Positions 12,957 through 25,740 of a stretch of 64,000 nucleotides of DNA are shown one piece after another. Every line of letters begins with the position of its first letter. Position 1 is the first letter of the stretch. Position numbers and translations under genes: made by a program. Origin of the DNA: Octopus sinensis (taxonomy: Eukaryota); NCBI RefSeq assembly GCF_006345805.1, contig NC_042998.1, positions 27,962,001 to 28,026,000 on the forward strand, read 5' to 3'. A model generated the notes under the pieces. That model did not search any database. It was not told where the DNA came from and saw only the letters and a program-made list of their open reading frames with translations.

Positions 12957-13778
12957 ATATATATATATATTCATATGTATAGTGAGGGCGCAAGGCAAAG
13001 TGGTCGGAGTGTTGTACTCACGATCGCGTGGTGCGTTGTGTTTTTGCGCAAAGCACTTCACCTCACATTACTCTATGATAACGTCGGCAACTGACTCATG
13101 GCACAAAGTGCCCCTGTTTCGACAACATCTATTTCATAGAGAGTGTGATCAATTTTTAAAAAAAAAGTCATTTGTGAAGGTCTTTCAGCGAAACTTCTGC
13201 GTGTTGATGGACAAAGTACTTCCCATGTGTATTTCACTCGTATAAAAATGCAAGATAGAGTGTGATAACATTGTAAAGAATAGCAATGCCTTGGAAATGT
13301 GTGAAATACTCGGTATAGAAGCTTTTTTAATTAAGTCCAAGACGCAGTAGTATGGATCACTTACCGGTTTCATATTCCCTAAGTCATCTTCATATCCATA
13401 TGGCTTTTGGTGACGTGAGGACTCACATGAGAATTCACCGGGTGTTGTGAATGAATTGTAAACATTTGTGAATAGCAGTAAGAGCAGTGTGAGTGTGTTG
13501 TTGATTGTCTATTTGTGTGTGCCGGTATTGTTTTCTCGTATGACCGCCTTGTTTGTTTTTCTGCTTCTACGGTTATTACGTGGTTCTTGGCTCTTTTGTT
13601 TATTTGCCTTGATGGGAAAGCCTGTCATATTGGCTCATATAAATATTTATAATCATTATTTATTTATATATTTTTACTCTCTGACTACTCTCTCACACCA
13701 GCATTGGTTGTCAAGCGATGTTGTGCGGGACAAACACAGACACACAAGCAAGCAAGCACACACACACACAAACACACA

Positions 13779-13873
<95 letters not shown>

Positions 13874-14299
13874 TACGTCGGGCTTCTTTCAGTTTCCGTC
13901 TATCAAATCCACTCAAAGCTTTGGTGGCACCTTCGGCAAGTTTCCTCTACTATACTATGTCTATGTTGACATCTAGTTTTTATTTATTTACATACTGTAG
14001 GATGGTTAGACAAACTTATATTTGTCTTTATTTCTTAATCCTTTTTTCGCCTTATTTTACAATATTTTTTCTGAATTTACCGTTATCTAACTATCCACGT
14101 TATCTGTTACTACACTCCATATGAAGCCATTCTAGTATTTCTACAGGTGAAGTCTGCGTAAGGCATCTTTTCTCTGTGTCCATATCATTAGATTATTTTC
14201 TTTTCTCAGGCATTTGGTGTCTTGACTCGCCATGAAATGGTCTGGCATCTGGCATGTAGTCTGCTCGTTCTGTTACAGCATAATTATATTTATGGGTGC

Positions 14300-14332
<33 letters not shown>

Positions 14333-14432
14333 ATATATAAAATATTATTAGAGACAAAACCACTATTTTGCAAAACAAACAAGGAAAGACTTAATCAATA
14401 CATAAAATTTTAATAAATAGTCAAAAAAACCG

Positions 14433-14475
14433 CCACTACAATTGTTTCTTGTCTTGATCGACAATCTTCAGGTGG
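14433..14475 (-). ncRNA. Canonical type I HHR
   Basis: Reverse complement of 16643-16685. Confidence 0.85.
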
Positions 14476-16642
14476 ACTTCCAATCTAAAATATCAATATT
14501 TTAAAATATAAAAATAATAATTTTAAAATAATTAAAGTATTAATGAAAAAATATAAATATATAAATATATAATCCATATATAACCTATATAAGTAGTGTT
14601 GGTTTGCCACGTGGATATAGTTTTTAGTTCCATTTATTCTATTTCTCCATTCATAATTTTAAATGACGTTTACTCTCCATGGCGCGTATTCTTTTTATTC
14701 TTTTTATACATAAGTTGTATTTCTATGGTAACGTAATTTTGGTTTGATTTTTTTAACGGCTTAGAATTTAATTTCACTTCATAATTTGAAACTGACTTGT
14801 AAGTATGTATTTTATTTCTCCTTATGTCATATTGTTATTTTTGATATTCTGGTTAATTGCGATGTATTTAATGTTGTTTTTCATTGGAGTGTTTATGTAT
14901 ATGAGATTGTGTATGAGCTTTTAGTTGTATAATTTATTTATCTGTATGAGTGTGGGTGTGTAAATATTGTTGTATATATCGAGTTTAGTGAGTATGTATA
15001 TGCGTATATGTGAGGGAGTGTATGTATCTGTTGTGTGTGTGTGTTTTGCGTGTGTGTGTGTTTGTGTGTGAATGTGTATATGGGTTTGTTATTTAGGTTT
15101 TGGGATGTATGTGTTAATTTGTCTGTGTGGGGAGGGAGTGGCTTTTTGGTGTATATTGAGGTTTATAAGTTAGTATAGGTATGTGTGAGTGAGGTGGGTA
15201 TTTGTATAAGTCGTGGGTCTGTGGTTTACATGTGTGTATTTGTGTGTGAATGTTTAGGTTAGGGGGATTGCTATATAGGTTTATTATAGAGTTTAGCAAA
15301 GGGAGATTTTATCGTTATATGTTTTTAAGAGTTTTGGTTTATCATGGTTTTTTTAGGGAATTCGTGGTAATTTGTCTATTTTCGATGTTGGTTGTTTTAT
15401 TACATTGTTTCATTCATAATTTTTGAGTGGTGTTCGTTTTGCCACGTGAATATTATTTTTAATTCCATTTATTCCATTTCTCCATTCATTATTTTAAAAG
15501 ATGTTCGTTTCCAGAGCGGTTATACTTTTTATACATATATTAAGTTCCTTGGTAAAGTAATTTTGTTTGGTGTATATTGAGGCTTATATGTACTTGTGGG
15601 TGTGTGTGAGTGGGGTGGGTGTTTTTATTTGTTATGGGTGTGTGGTTTACGTGTGTGTATTTGTGTGTGAATGTATAGGTTAAAGGGATTGCTATATAAG
15701 TATGTTATAGTGTTTAGTAAAGGGAGGTTTTATGATTTATGTTTTTGTGAGTTTTAGCTTATCATGGTAGTTTTATAAAAGAATCCATTCATAATTTTTG
15801 TGTTTATTTGTCTGTGTGGGGTTGAGTGGGTTTTTGGAGTATATGTTGAGGTTTATATGTATGTATAGGTATGTGTAAGTGGTGTGGGTATTTGTATATG
15901 TCGTGGGTGGGTGGTTTACGTGTGTGTATTTGTGTGTGAATGTTTAGGTTAGGGGGATTGCTATATAGGTATGTTATAGAGTTTAGTAAAGGGAGATTTT
16001 ATCATTATATGTTTTTATGAGTTTTGGTTTATCATGGTAGGTTTGTTAAGGAATTCGTAGTAATTTGTGTCTATTTGCGATGTCTGTTGTTTTATTGCAT
16101 TGTTTCATTCATAATTTTTAAGTAGTGTTCGTTTTACCAAGTGAATATAATTTTTAATTCCATTTATTCCTTTTCTCCGTTCATAATTTTAGTGATGTCC
16201 GTTTCTAGAGCGTGAATGTGTTGTATGTGTGTGTGTGGGAGTATGAATAAGTATTGTGTTGAAGTATTTAGCTATTTTATTTATTTATAGTTGCCTAGAC
16301 GTTTTTATGTGTATGTATAGGGATATATATATAGGTGTGTGATTTAGTGTATGTAGTTAGATATGGTTATATTTAATTAGTTATATGTGTATGGGTGTAT
16401 ATATAGTTTATTATTATTATATTATTATTATTTTTTTGTTTTGTTTTATATTTTATATTTTATATTTTATATTTAATTGTTGATAGGTTTATTTTAGTTT
16501 ATATATTGTTTATATATTGATTATATATGGATTATATATAGGTTATATATGGATTATATATTTATATTTTTTCATTAATACTTTAATTATTTTAAAATTA
16601 TTATTTTTATATTTTAAAATATTGATATTTTAGATTGGAAGT

Positions 16643-16685
16643 CCACCTGAAGATTGTCGATCAAGACAAGAAACAATTGTAGTGG
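16643..16685 (+). ncRNA. Canonical type I HHR
   Basis: CCAC CTGAAGA TTGTC gatcaa GACAA GAAAC aatt GTA^GTGG: all core nucleotides, three stems, palindromic ACAATTGT. Confidence 0.85.
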
Positions 16686-16860
16686 CGGTTCTTTTTACTA
16701 TTTATTAAAATTTTATGTATTGATTAAGTCTTTCCTTGTTTGTTTTGCAAAATAGTGGTTTTGTCTCTAATAATATTTTATAATATTTTACTATAAAATT
16801 GGATTTAATCCTAAATCTGATTTTTTCCCTGTAAATTTGGATTTATTCCCTAATATTTAT

Positions 16861-16901
<41 letters not shown>

Positions 16902-17585
16902 TACATATCTACATACATAAGTACATATATACATATATATCTGTGATGGTTTGTTTGTGTGTGTGTGTGTATATGTATATGTAGTTATATACGTGGAATG
17001 GTCTTGCAGTTTATCTAACGCATGTTAGAAAATGGAATAAACATCTATTCTCTAACTTCACCTCTCTCATCTGATCGATTTATACACCCACACCCACACC
17101 CACATATGTATACGCACACACAATTATATGCATGCTATCAATATAAATCTATTGTGCCGATATGTTTATCGTAATGTGTATACCTTGTGTGTTTTATTAA
17201 AATTCTGTTAAGCTATGCATTACTTAACGTGATATCTTTTCAAATCTAGTTTATGGAGCACTTTATTTGATTGCTGTTTTACAAGTCTGCTTTATTCATT
17301 TTGACAGATGTTTATATTAAGAGTACTGAGGACAGTTAAAGCTTTAGTTGTCAACAAATTATGTAAAAGTTTTTTTTTCTTCTGTACATAAATACTTGAT
17401 ACTTGAATTATCACAGCTTCAGGCTTATGGCTTTGTTGGTAGGAATGTATACAAACTGAATTAATTCGGATTTCTTTTATTTAATTCTGGTTGATGAAGT
17501 TTCTGTTTGTCGCCTGCAAAATAACAATAAATACGTTATGATATAACACATATTTATGGCTCAGTATAATATATATATAAATCGT

Positions 17586-17755
17586 TAGCCACTACAAACA
17601 TTTTTTTCTCTCCTCGTTTTTTCTGAGTCCCTTTCTGTAGAAGTGCGTAGGCTCGAAACGTAAAAGACTTTTTCTATTCCTGATCGTTATACTAATACAT
17701 CTGTTTGTTGTTTACACACCCGATTTCGTATTTTGTCTTTTTCGTAAACTCTCCC
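17586..17755 (+). mobile_element. Short HHR-bearing element ending in (TA)n (motif 17631-17666)
   Basis: CTTT CTGTAGA A GTGC gtag GCTC GAAAC GTA^AAAG; sister copies at 18102-18270 and a fragment near 19760-19815 (minus). Confidence 0.6.
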
Positions 17756-17796
17756 TATATACATATATATGTTTGTATGTATGTATGTATGTATGT

Positions 17797-17887
<91 letters not shown>

Positions 17888-18101
17888 TTTAGTTATTTAC
17901 GTATGATGATTTTGCAGTTTATCTAACGCATGTTAGAAAATGGAATAAACATCTATTCTCTAACTTCACTTCCCTCAGCTGATCGATTTATACACACACC
18001 CACACACCCACATATGTATAGACACTACTACTTTGCTATCTCCCCTTCTTCTTAGCTCACCTGGATGACCCTTCTGTCCGGCATTCGCCATGATAGATAA
18101 C

Positions 18102-18270
18102 TAGCCACTACACACATTTTTCTCTTCTTGTTTCTTTCTGTGTTCCTTTCTTTGGAAGAGCGTAGGCTCGAAACGTTAAAGACTTTTTCAATTCCCGAGC
18201 GTTATACTAATCTATTTGTTTTTTACACTACCTGTCTTCGTCTTTTATTTTTCTTTGTGAATTTTCCCCC
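18102..18270 (+). mobile_element. Second copy of the U6-type HHR element (motif 18146-18181, G5 mutated)
   Basis: CTTT CTTTGGA A GAGC gtag GCTC GAAAC GTT^AAAG. Confidence 0.6.
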
Positions 18271-18289
18271 TATATATATATACCTTTTT

Positions 18290-19157
18290 CGGATGCGTAT
18301 GCTCATGTGTAGACATATAAGACACATACAAGAAGAGGCTCTTTCTGATGCTTTGGAACTAAAGACGGGCTTCAACGCGAGCCTTTCATCGTAAATTTAA
18401 AATGCTTGGTAAAATATCAAGGCTTTGATAATGAGACCCGAATGATCCCTCTACAGACACTCGCAAACAATATGTTGACTGCTGTGTATCATAACAATCA
18501 CGTGAGCAGCAAATGCCTTTTTGAACAGAGTTAATACTAGAGAGGAAATATGGATGCTTTAAAATAATTTCAAGCAAGAACGTCAGTGGTTAAGTTGTGG
18601 CGAAGAACTAGCCCAGTAGCCCAGTGGTGACTTTCATCTAAGGAAGATTCTTCTGAGTGTTTGGTGGGATATGAGTGGAATAATTCATCACGAGCTGCGA
18701 GAAAACAGTCAAACGTTAACAGCCGATGTATATCGCCAACAAATAATATGTGTGAAAGCAGCTTTGCACCTAAACGTCATTCTTCATCATGGTAATGCTA
18801 GACTTCACGCACTATAGAAGACCAAGATCCCATTCAAAAATATGTCTGGAAATTTAGGCATAACCTACCATATTCTCTGGACCCCACATATACAAATTAC
18901 CATTTCTTTAGAAGTTTACAAAATTTTAGTGGATTAACATTTACTTGAAGAGTAGAAGTCGAAACTGGGTTAATATCCGTTTTTACTTCTAAAACTAAAG
19001 AATTTTATGAATGTGGAATTAAAATGCTCATTGACAAATAGAAAGAGGTTATTGAGACGAATGGTGACTATATTAACGAATAACTAAACCAGATGTTGCT
19101 TTTCTATCGTTTTTGCTGGGCCTTAAAAATGGACGAAACTTTCGTTACAAACTAATA
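18290..19157 (+). pseudogene. Decayed mariner transposase with right TIR
   Basis: Translates to KILLSVWWDMSGIIHHEL, VILHHGNARLH, HNLPYSLDPTYTNYHFFRSLQNF, FYECGIKML...VIETNGDY: mariner motifs (VWWD, HDNARPH, YSPDLAPSDYHLF) with stops; ends ...ttacaaactaata. Confidence 0.9.
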
Positions 19158-19178
19158 AATGAATATATATGTGTGTAC

Positions 19179-19274
<96 letters not shown>

Positions 19275-19397
19275 CTCTCTCTCTCTCTCTCTCTGTATAT
19301 ATATATATATATATGTAATATAATATGTGGCATTTATCTGGTTGGCATAACAAAACTCTGAGTTTGGTATCTATCTATCTATTTACACACACGCACA

Positions 19398-19451
<54 letters not shown>

Positions 19452-20639
19452 CACCATCACTCCTGATCATGCAACACTACATCACAACACATCAATTCAC
19501 CCCGCACACACTATCACTGACCACTTCCCAGTACCCACACCATCATCTACACATCCACACGTTACAGACGCACACACCTACATACGCACACATCCACACG
19601 TCAAGGTCACCAGCCCCTATCCACACGCACACACACACTTACACACTTTCACATACACACGCACGCGCCCCTTCATTTTTGGATCACCACTACTTTATTA
19701 TCTCCCCTTCTGCCTAACTCTCCTGTCTGACCACCTCCGCCCAGCCAGCCGCTATGATTGGCCGCTAGCCGCTCTTCAACAGAAAGGAACACGACGAAAT
19801 AAACGGAGAGAGAATAAAAAAAGAAACTTTTAGAGTTATCGGTCAATCATGAGAATAATCATGCAGAGAAATGACATTCTTAAATGCATATCTCTTTACT
19901 CGTATATACTGCAATTTAAATCAACGCATTATCATTCTAAAATAATATGTCATATATTTAACCCGATCTATTTTCATTCTTACAGACCGTGTGTCTCTAA
20001 AGTAAACATATTTCAAAATGGTCGTTGCGAGAACACTTTTAAAATTTCACGACTTGTCAGGCTTTATCATTGAAATCTCCTTAAATTTCACATTATTTAG
20101 TAATTGCTATACGCTAGGGATATCGTTAACTTTAGATAATTTTAGTATAAATGCAATGAATGCAAACGATTATTTCTTTGCATAGAAATATAAAAAAATG
20201 ATCATGGACATAACATTTTAAATATGCTGTAAATAATTTCAAAATGTAGAACTTCCAGTAGTTTTTGTATCATAAGTTTAAGATATAAATATGATAGTTT
20301 ACGTGGTTAATGTAATTTGTCACGATCTCATACGTGCTAAAAACCCATTAAAGGAGCGAAAATAACAAAATGGACAATTTGATAGGAAATGTTTATGTGA
20401 CATTATTGCTATAGGAAAGTTTGCTTTTAGAATTCTAGAGAGCTAATTGTAAGTTACAAAATATTTTATAAGTCGAAATGGCGATAAATGACCGTAGCGT
20501 GGAAACATTCCACATAAGCGAAATTTCTGCGACTCTTTTTCAATCAGCATTTAATATAATTTCAAATTTTGCTAAGATATACATACCACAGAATCGTGAT
20601 ACACCCATCGTCATATACTTCTTTTCTTTTCGCCCTTTT

Positions 20640-20920
20640 CAAGCCTAACCAGGCTCATGGGCCTGGTTTCTGTGGCTTATATTTTCCCGGCAGCTGGACG
20701 GGACGCCAGTCCATCGCAGCGTTACCCAAGAAACAGGAAGAAAGAGTGAGAGAAAGTTGGGGTGAAAGAGTACAATAGGGGCCGCCACCACCCCCTGCCG
20801 GAGCCTCGTGGACCCTTATGTGTTTTCGCTCAAAAAACACCACAACGCCCGGTCTGGGAATCGAAACCGCGATCCCCCGACCGCGAAACCGCTGCCCTAA
20901 TCACTAGGCCATTGCGCATC
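20640..20920 (-). mobile_element. SINE family C
   Basis: Head gatgcgcaatggcctagtgattagggcagcgg...ggtttcgattccc; body shared with 63265 copy. Confidence 0.8.
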
Positions 20921-21409
20921 CGTCGTCATATACGCTGAAAAGTAATCTAATGTTTGCTATAATAATTGTTTTCGAACTGTTACAAAATCTTGAAAGCGAT
21001 TTAATCGGAGGTTTAGTGAAATACTGTTACAATCGCTGTCTGATTTTGCACGTTTGTTAATTGTATTAAATGAAATGTATCTCGAAGATGTATAATGCCA
21101 TGAGATTCACATTTTCAGGCAAGCAAAATGAAGTATATATTTATCTACACAGCAAATATAATTACGAAAAGGATGGTATGTAGAAGCAAAAGAGATATTC
21201 ACCCACGATTTCATAGATTTGTATTTACGCCTTAATTCTGATGATTGAAGCACGTATTGAAATATAAACAATTTCGGTTTGGTTGCCAAACATTACATAA
21301 GTAAATCTGTTTCTTTTTAAACTGTTTAAAGCATTCAATCAGAATATAAGTTTCAAATTACGACAAATTATGAGTGTCTCTGAAATTGCAGTTATGAAAT
21401 GATAAAAGC

Positions 21410-21476
<67 letters not shown>

Positions 21477-21492
21477 AGAGAGAGAGAGAGAG

Positions 21493-21690
21493 ATAATTTA
21501 GGGTTTCTAATGCTGGAAATAGCAGTCAAAACTTGACTTTAAAACTAGTCGGGTTTTGACTGCTATTTCCAGCGTGGTGGTATCTCTTAGGTACCCTAAA
21601 TTATAATTTTAAATAATCATTATATTTGAAGGGTTTTATTCCCATGCTGGCCACCTGATGAGATCGGTATTTAAATATCGATCTTATCAT
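21493..21690. mobile_element. Small fold-back element with split HHR-like motifs; relative at ~58205-58375
   Basis: 21493-21532 inverts 21553-21604; contains ccacCTGATGAgatc (21651) and AAACtaGTC (21542); flanked by microsatellites. Confidence 0.4.
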
Positions 21691-21692
21691 TC

Positions 21693-21771
<79 letters not shown>

Positions 21772-21933
21772 CATATGGCAAATGAAAGACGGAAGATGAA
21801 ATATAAGAGAACTTATTAATAATCACGACGATTGTTACCGTCACTCATTTACCATATACATAACGATCACTGTGAAAGTGACTGCTTTACACCAGTAAGT
21901 TACTAGTTGTAAAGCATTTATTTTATTATCCAT

Positions 21934-21970
<37 letters not shown>

Positions 21971-22309
21971 AGAAATTCCGATATTCCTATTGTTATATTT
22001 CTTTTTCTTAAATGTTGTGAGTTTAACTACGTAACGCTATCACGTTCACCTAAATTTGATTTGCCTTTGAATTGACTTACATATTTTATGTGAAGGATTT
22101 CAATCTCTTGCTATCTAAAAATCGTTATAAAAGATATAGCAAGACAGGAGAAACAAAACAGATACTCAACCATATTTTTCATTGTTAGATAATGTAATAG
22201 AAATATAGAGGAAAAAGGGACACATGAAACAGAGAAAGTTGGTAAAAATAGAGAGAATTGTATACTGAAATAGGGATGGGATGAGGAATTTAACTGTAAT
22301 ATATCTATT

Positions 22310-22752
22310 TCTTTACTACTCACAAGGGGCTAAACATATAGTGGACAAACAAGGACAGACAAAGGGATTGAGTCGATTACATCGATCAGTGCGTAACTGG
22401 TACTTAATTTATCGACCCCGAAAGGATGAAAGGCAAAGTCGACCTCGGCGGAATTTGAACTCGGAACGTAACGGCAGACGAAATACCGCTAGACATTTCG
22501 CCCGGCGTGCTAACGTTTCTTATTTCTTTATTGCCCACAAGGGGCGAAACATAGAGGGGACAAACAAGGACAGACAAAGGGATTAAGTCGATTACATCGA
22601 CCCCAGTGCGTAACTGGTACTTAATTTATCGACTCCGAAAGGATGAAAGGCAAAGTCGACCTCGGCGGAATTTGAACTTAGAACGTAACGGCAGACGAAA
22701 TACCGCTAGACATTTCGCCCGGCATGCTAACGTTTCTGCCAGCTCGCCGCCT
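22310..22752 (-). mobile_element. Two tandem SINE family A copies
   Basis: Minus: aaggcggcgagctggcagaaacgttagca...gagttcaaattccgccgaggtcgac... tail agccccttgtg..taaagaaata, twice. Confidence 0.9.
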
Positions 22753-23720
22753 TTTTGACTGTAATATATCTTCAGGGTAGTACAATCGAATTTGCATGGT
22801 GTATAGATGAATTTCGAAGGGAAAACGTTTCATTACTCATTGTGTGTAATAAACGAATCACAAAATTGATCCTCTTTATAACTTACATATACGACCTGGC
22901 ATGTACGAAGTACAGCGGAAGTTCAACGGAAATGTAAATGAAGTAAGTTCGATTGTCCGGTAATACAATCTACTTTGCGTGCAGAGCTTGAAGACAGTTT
23001 CTCTACAACACTGAACAAATATTCTAAAAAATAATCGATCGTTTTCATTATATAAAGGGAATATGATTAAAAATGTTTTATCCCACGTCAGAAATGACCT
23101 CTTAAATATGTTAATTGGATTGATCCGTCTAATGTAGACGACTTTCATAAATAATTTGTTTTCAACGGAAGAAAACAAAAATCGATGCTCCCGAATTAAA
23201 AGATTTTCATTGCAAGTCTATTTAAAAACATTTTCTATTTGCATATATATGAGAAACATGGATTTGTATTGTCTCTTATGCAAAATAAATATGCCAGTTC
23301 AGTCAGCGAAACACAAGACATGAATATTGCAGGTTACTATAAATAAAATGTGTTTACGATTAATCAATGTATTTCGATCATTCATGAAATTAAGGATGGA
23401 ATCAAAGGAACTTTCGAAATCAGGCAAAGAAAACATTGAAAGAAAACTAATAACTATTCTTTAGTCATAACAATTTTAAAATTATGGGAGTATTTATGCG
23501 TTTTTGTGCGTATAATGTTACAGCTATCTATCTATCTATCTATCTATCTTTTATTTTTTTTGTTCTTTTCTTCCCTTTTACGATCCCTCTTGATCGAAAA
23601 CCTACGCCACCCCTTTTTTTTGTTTCTTTTGTTTTTTGTTTTTTTTCATCCCCCAAAAGAAAAGCTCTACCTTGTAACTTGTCTCATCTGTGTGCAGCCC
23701 TGTGTGGCGAATAAAGAAAG

Positions 23721-23804
<84 letters not shown>

Positions 23805-23956
23805 ACACACGCACACACATACACACATGTAGGCACATAACTGCAAAACAATAGTTCTCGACTACTAAGGGTAGACTAATAAACTTTATCGTAAAACCTG
23901 CAAAATACTCACAAAACTGTTGCTCAGAGTTTCACGTTCCCGTTCGTATTCATTAT

Positions 23957-23998
23957 AACTGTCCGACGAATGGGAACGTGAAACTCTGAGTAACAGTT
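23957..23998 (+). ncRNA. Type I HHR, C4 variant, within inverted repeat 23884-24029
   Basis: AACTGT CCGACGA ATG ggaa CGT GAAAC tctga GTA^ACAGTT: 6-bp stem I, GNRA-capped stem II (ACG/CGT perfect in the mirror arm), near-palindromic ACTC-T-GAGT. Confidence 0.75.
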
Positions 23999-24034
23999 CT
24001 GTGAATATTTTGCAGGTTTTATAATAAAGACACA

Positions 24035-24240
24035 GGAGTGGTTGTGTGGTAAGTAACTTAACACACATGGTAAGCTACTGGTCCCGAACCCGCATGGTCC
24101 CGGATTCAGTCCCACTGCGTGGAACCTTGGGCAAGTATCTTCTACTATAGCCTTGGACCGACCAAAGCATTGTGAGTGGATTTGGTAGACGGAAACTGAA
24201 AAAAGCCCGTCGTATATATGCATATATATATATATAATAT

Positions 24241-24286
<46 letters not shown>

Positions 24287-24515
24287 TAGATAGATAGATA
24301 TATGTATGTATGTATGTATGTATGTATAAGTTTGTGTGTCTGTGTTTGTCCCCCACAATCGCTTGACAACCAATGATGATGTGTTTACCTCCCCGTAACT
24401 TAGCGGTTCGGCAAAAAGCCGATAGTATAAGTACTAGGCTTACAAATAATAAGTCCTAGGGTCCATTTGTTCGACTAAAGGCGTTGCTTCAGCATGGCCG
24501 CATTCAAATGACTGA
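24035..24515 (+). mobile_element. SINE family B, full length with expanded (TA)n linker
   Basis: Same head, CORE-like block and gactgaaacaa tail. Confidence 0.85.
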
Positions 24516-25033
24516 AACAAATAAAAGGATATATAATATATATATTGCATGTATTTATGCTTTTATATGTATTTACAAATTCATTTTTTTACAGCCTGCG
24601 TAAATGTATGCTCAATAGACATTTTTATGTTAATTTATTAATCACTTGAAACCCACACACAAACATCATCAGGAATGGATCTAGTCCAATCAAATTATTG
24701 GTTAAGATCCGCTGCAGAGTATATAACTTTTTTCCTACTTTCGTCATACTATGTAAGAACCAGAATGGCGCGCATGGTTTCATGACCATTGTCCGATCGC
24801 CGTCTGTAAGCTGTCCTCTCGCTACGTCGTCACATGTAGGAGTCATTTATTGTAGTTGTAGCTAAAATTATCTGAGCATGCTTAGTGTTGTTTCATTTAT
24901 CTGAAAATTAACAAAAAATGCTAAATGAAAATATTTAACGGGGAATTTACTCAAGTATTGTCATTTTTTATATTAGTTTTACAAAATGTAAAATAAAAGC
25001 AAAGCAATTTTAGTTATTTGTTTTATTATTTTA

Positions 25034-25260
25034 CCATGCAGCTGTGGCAGGTCATACAAAGGGGAAACATGCTGCCCCTTTCAAAATAATGGTAGAGGTA
25101 CATCGGAAAGCTGTGGCACGAGGAGGTATTGATAAATCGGGTATCGCTGATCATGTATGGAAAAATGGGGACCACCTCGCCCTGAGGGATGAAGCTAGAA
25201 TAACAGATAGAAAGCACCACTGGAATATACGAAAACTAAAAGAAGCAGCACCTATCCCTC
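25034..25260 (+). pseudogene. PLE GIY-YIG endonuclease fragment (Penelope/Poseidon-like)
   Basis: PCSCGRSYKGET (frameshift) FKIMVEVHRKAV...KSGIADHVW...H...RKLKEA fits the C-x-CG-YIGET..R..EH..S..A.H...RK.KEA pattern. Confidence 0.75.
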
Positions 25261-25360
25261 CGATGGAGGATATTATTAATAAATATCCTAGAAACAGCTG
25301 TAAGACCTATCTATAAATGCTCTAATATCTATGCAGCCTTTATATATGTATATATATATA

Positions 25361-25417
<57 letters not shown>

Positions 25418-25443
25418 TATATACATATATATATATACATATA

Positions 25444-25490
<47 letters not shown>

Positions 25491-25494
25491 TATA

Positions 25495-25534
<40 letters not shown>

Positions 25535-25574
25535 TACATACATACACACACACACACACCATATATATATATAT

Positions 25575-25740
25575 ATATACGATGGACTTCTTTCAGTTAC
25601 CATCTACCAAATCTACTCACAACGCTTTGGTCGGCCTGAATGTATAGTAGAAGACAGTTGACCAAAATGCCACGCAGTGGAACTGAACACGTGATCATGT
25701 GGTTGGTAAGTAAGCTCCCTAACACACAGCCATTCCTGTG
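25575..25740 (-). mobile_element. SINE family B 5' half
   Basis: Head and CORE-like block on minus strand. Confidence 0.75.

Larger units (their letters stand above)
14338..16781. mobile_element. PLE-like structure: inverted ~250-bp terminal arms, each with an HHR, around an internally reiterated AT/GT-rich region
   Basis: 14338-14591 is the reverse complement of ~16538-16781; interior has repeated blocks near 14600, 15110-15570, 15570-15790, 15790-16210. Confidence 0.7.

Noticed and set aside
13355-13400. Minus-strand ATGAAGA...GAAACCGGTA (HHR-like and splice-donor-like)
   Set aside because: Position 3 is wrong and stem II does not pair; the upstream frame lacks a good acceptor or ATG.
24765-24815. 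Possible decayed Poseidon-type HHR on minus near the GIY-YIG fragment
   Set aside because: Core too degenerate to support.
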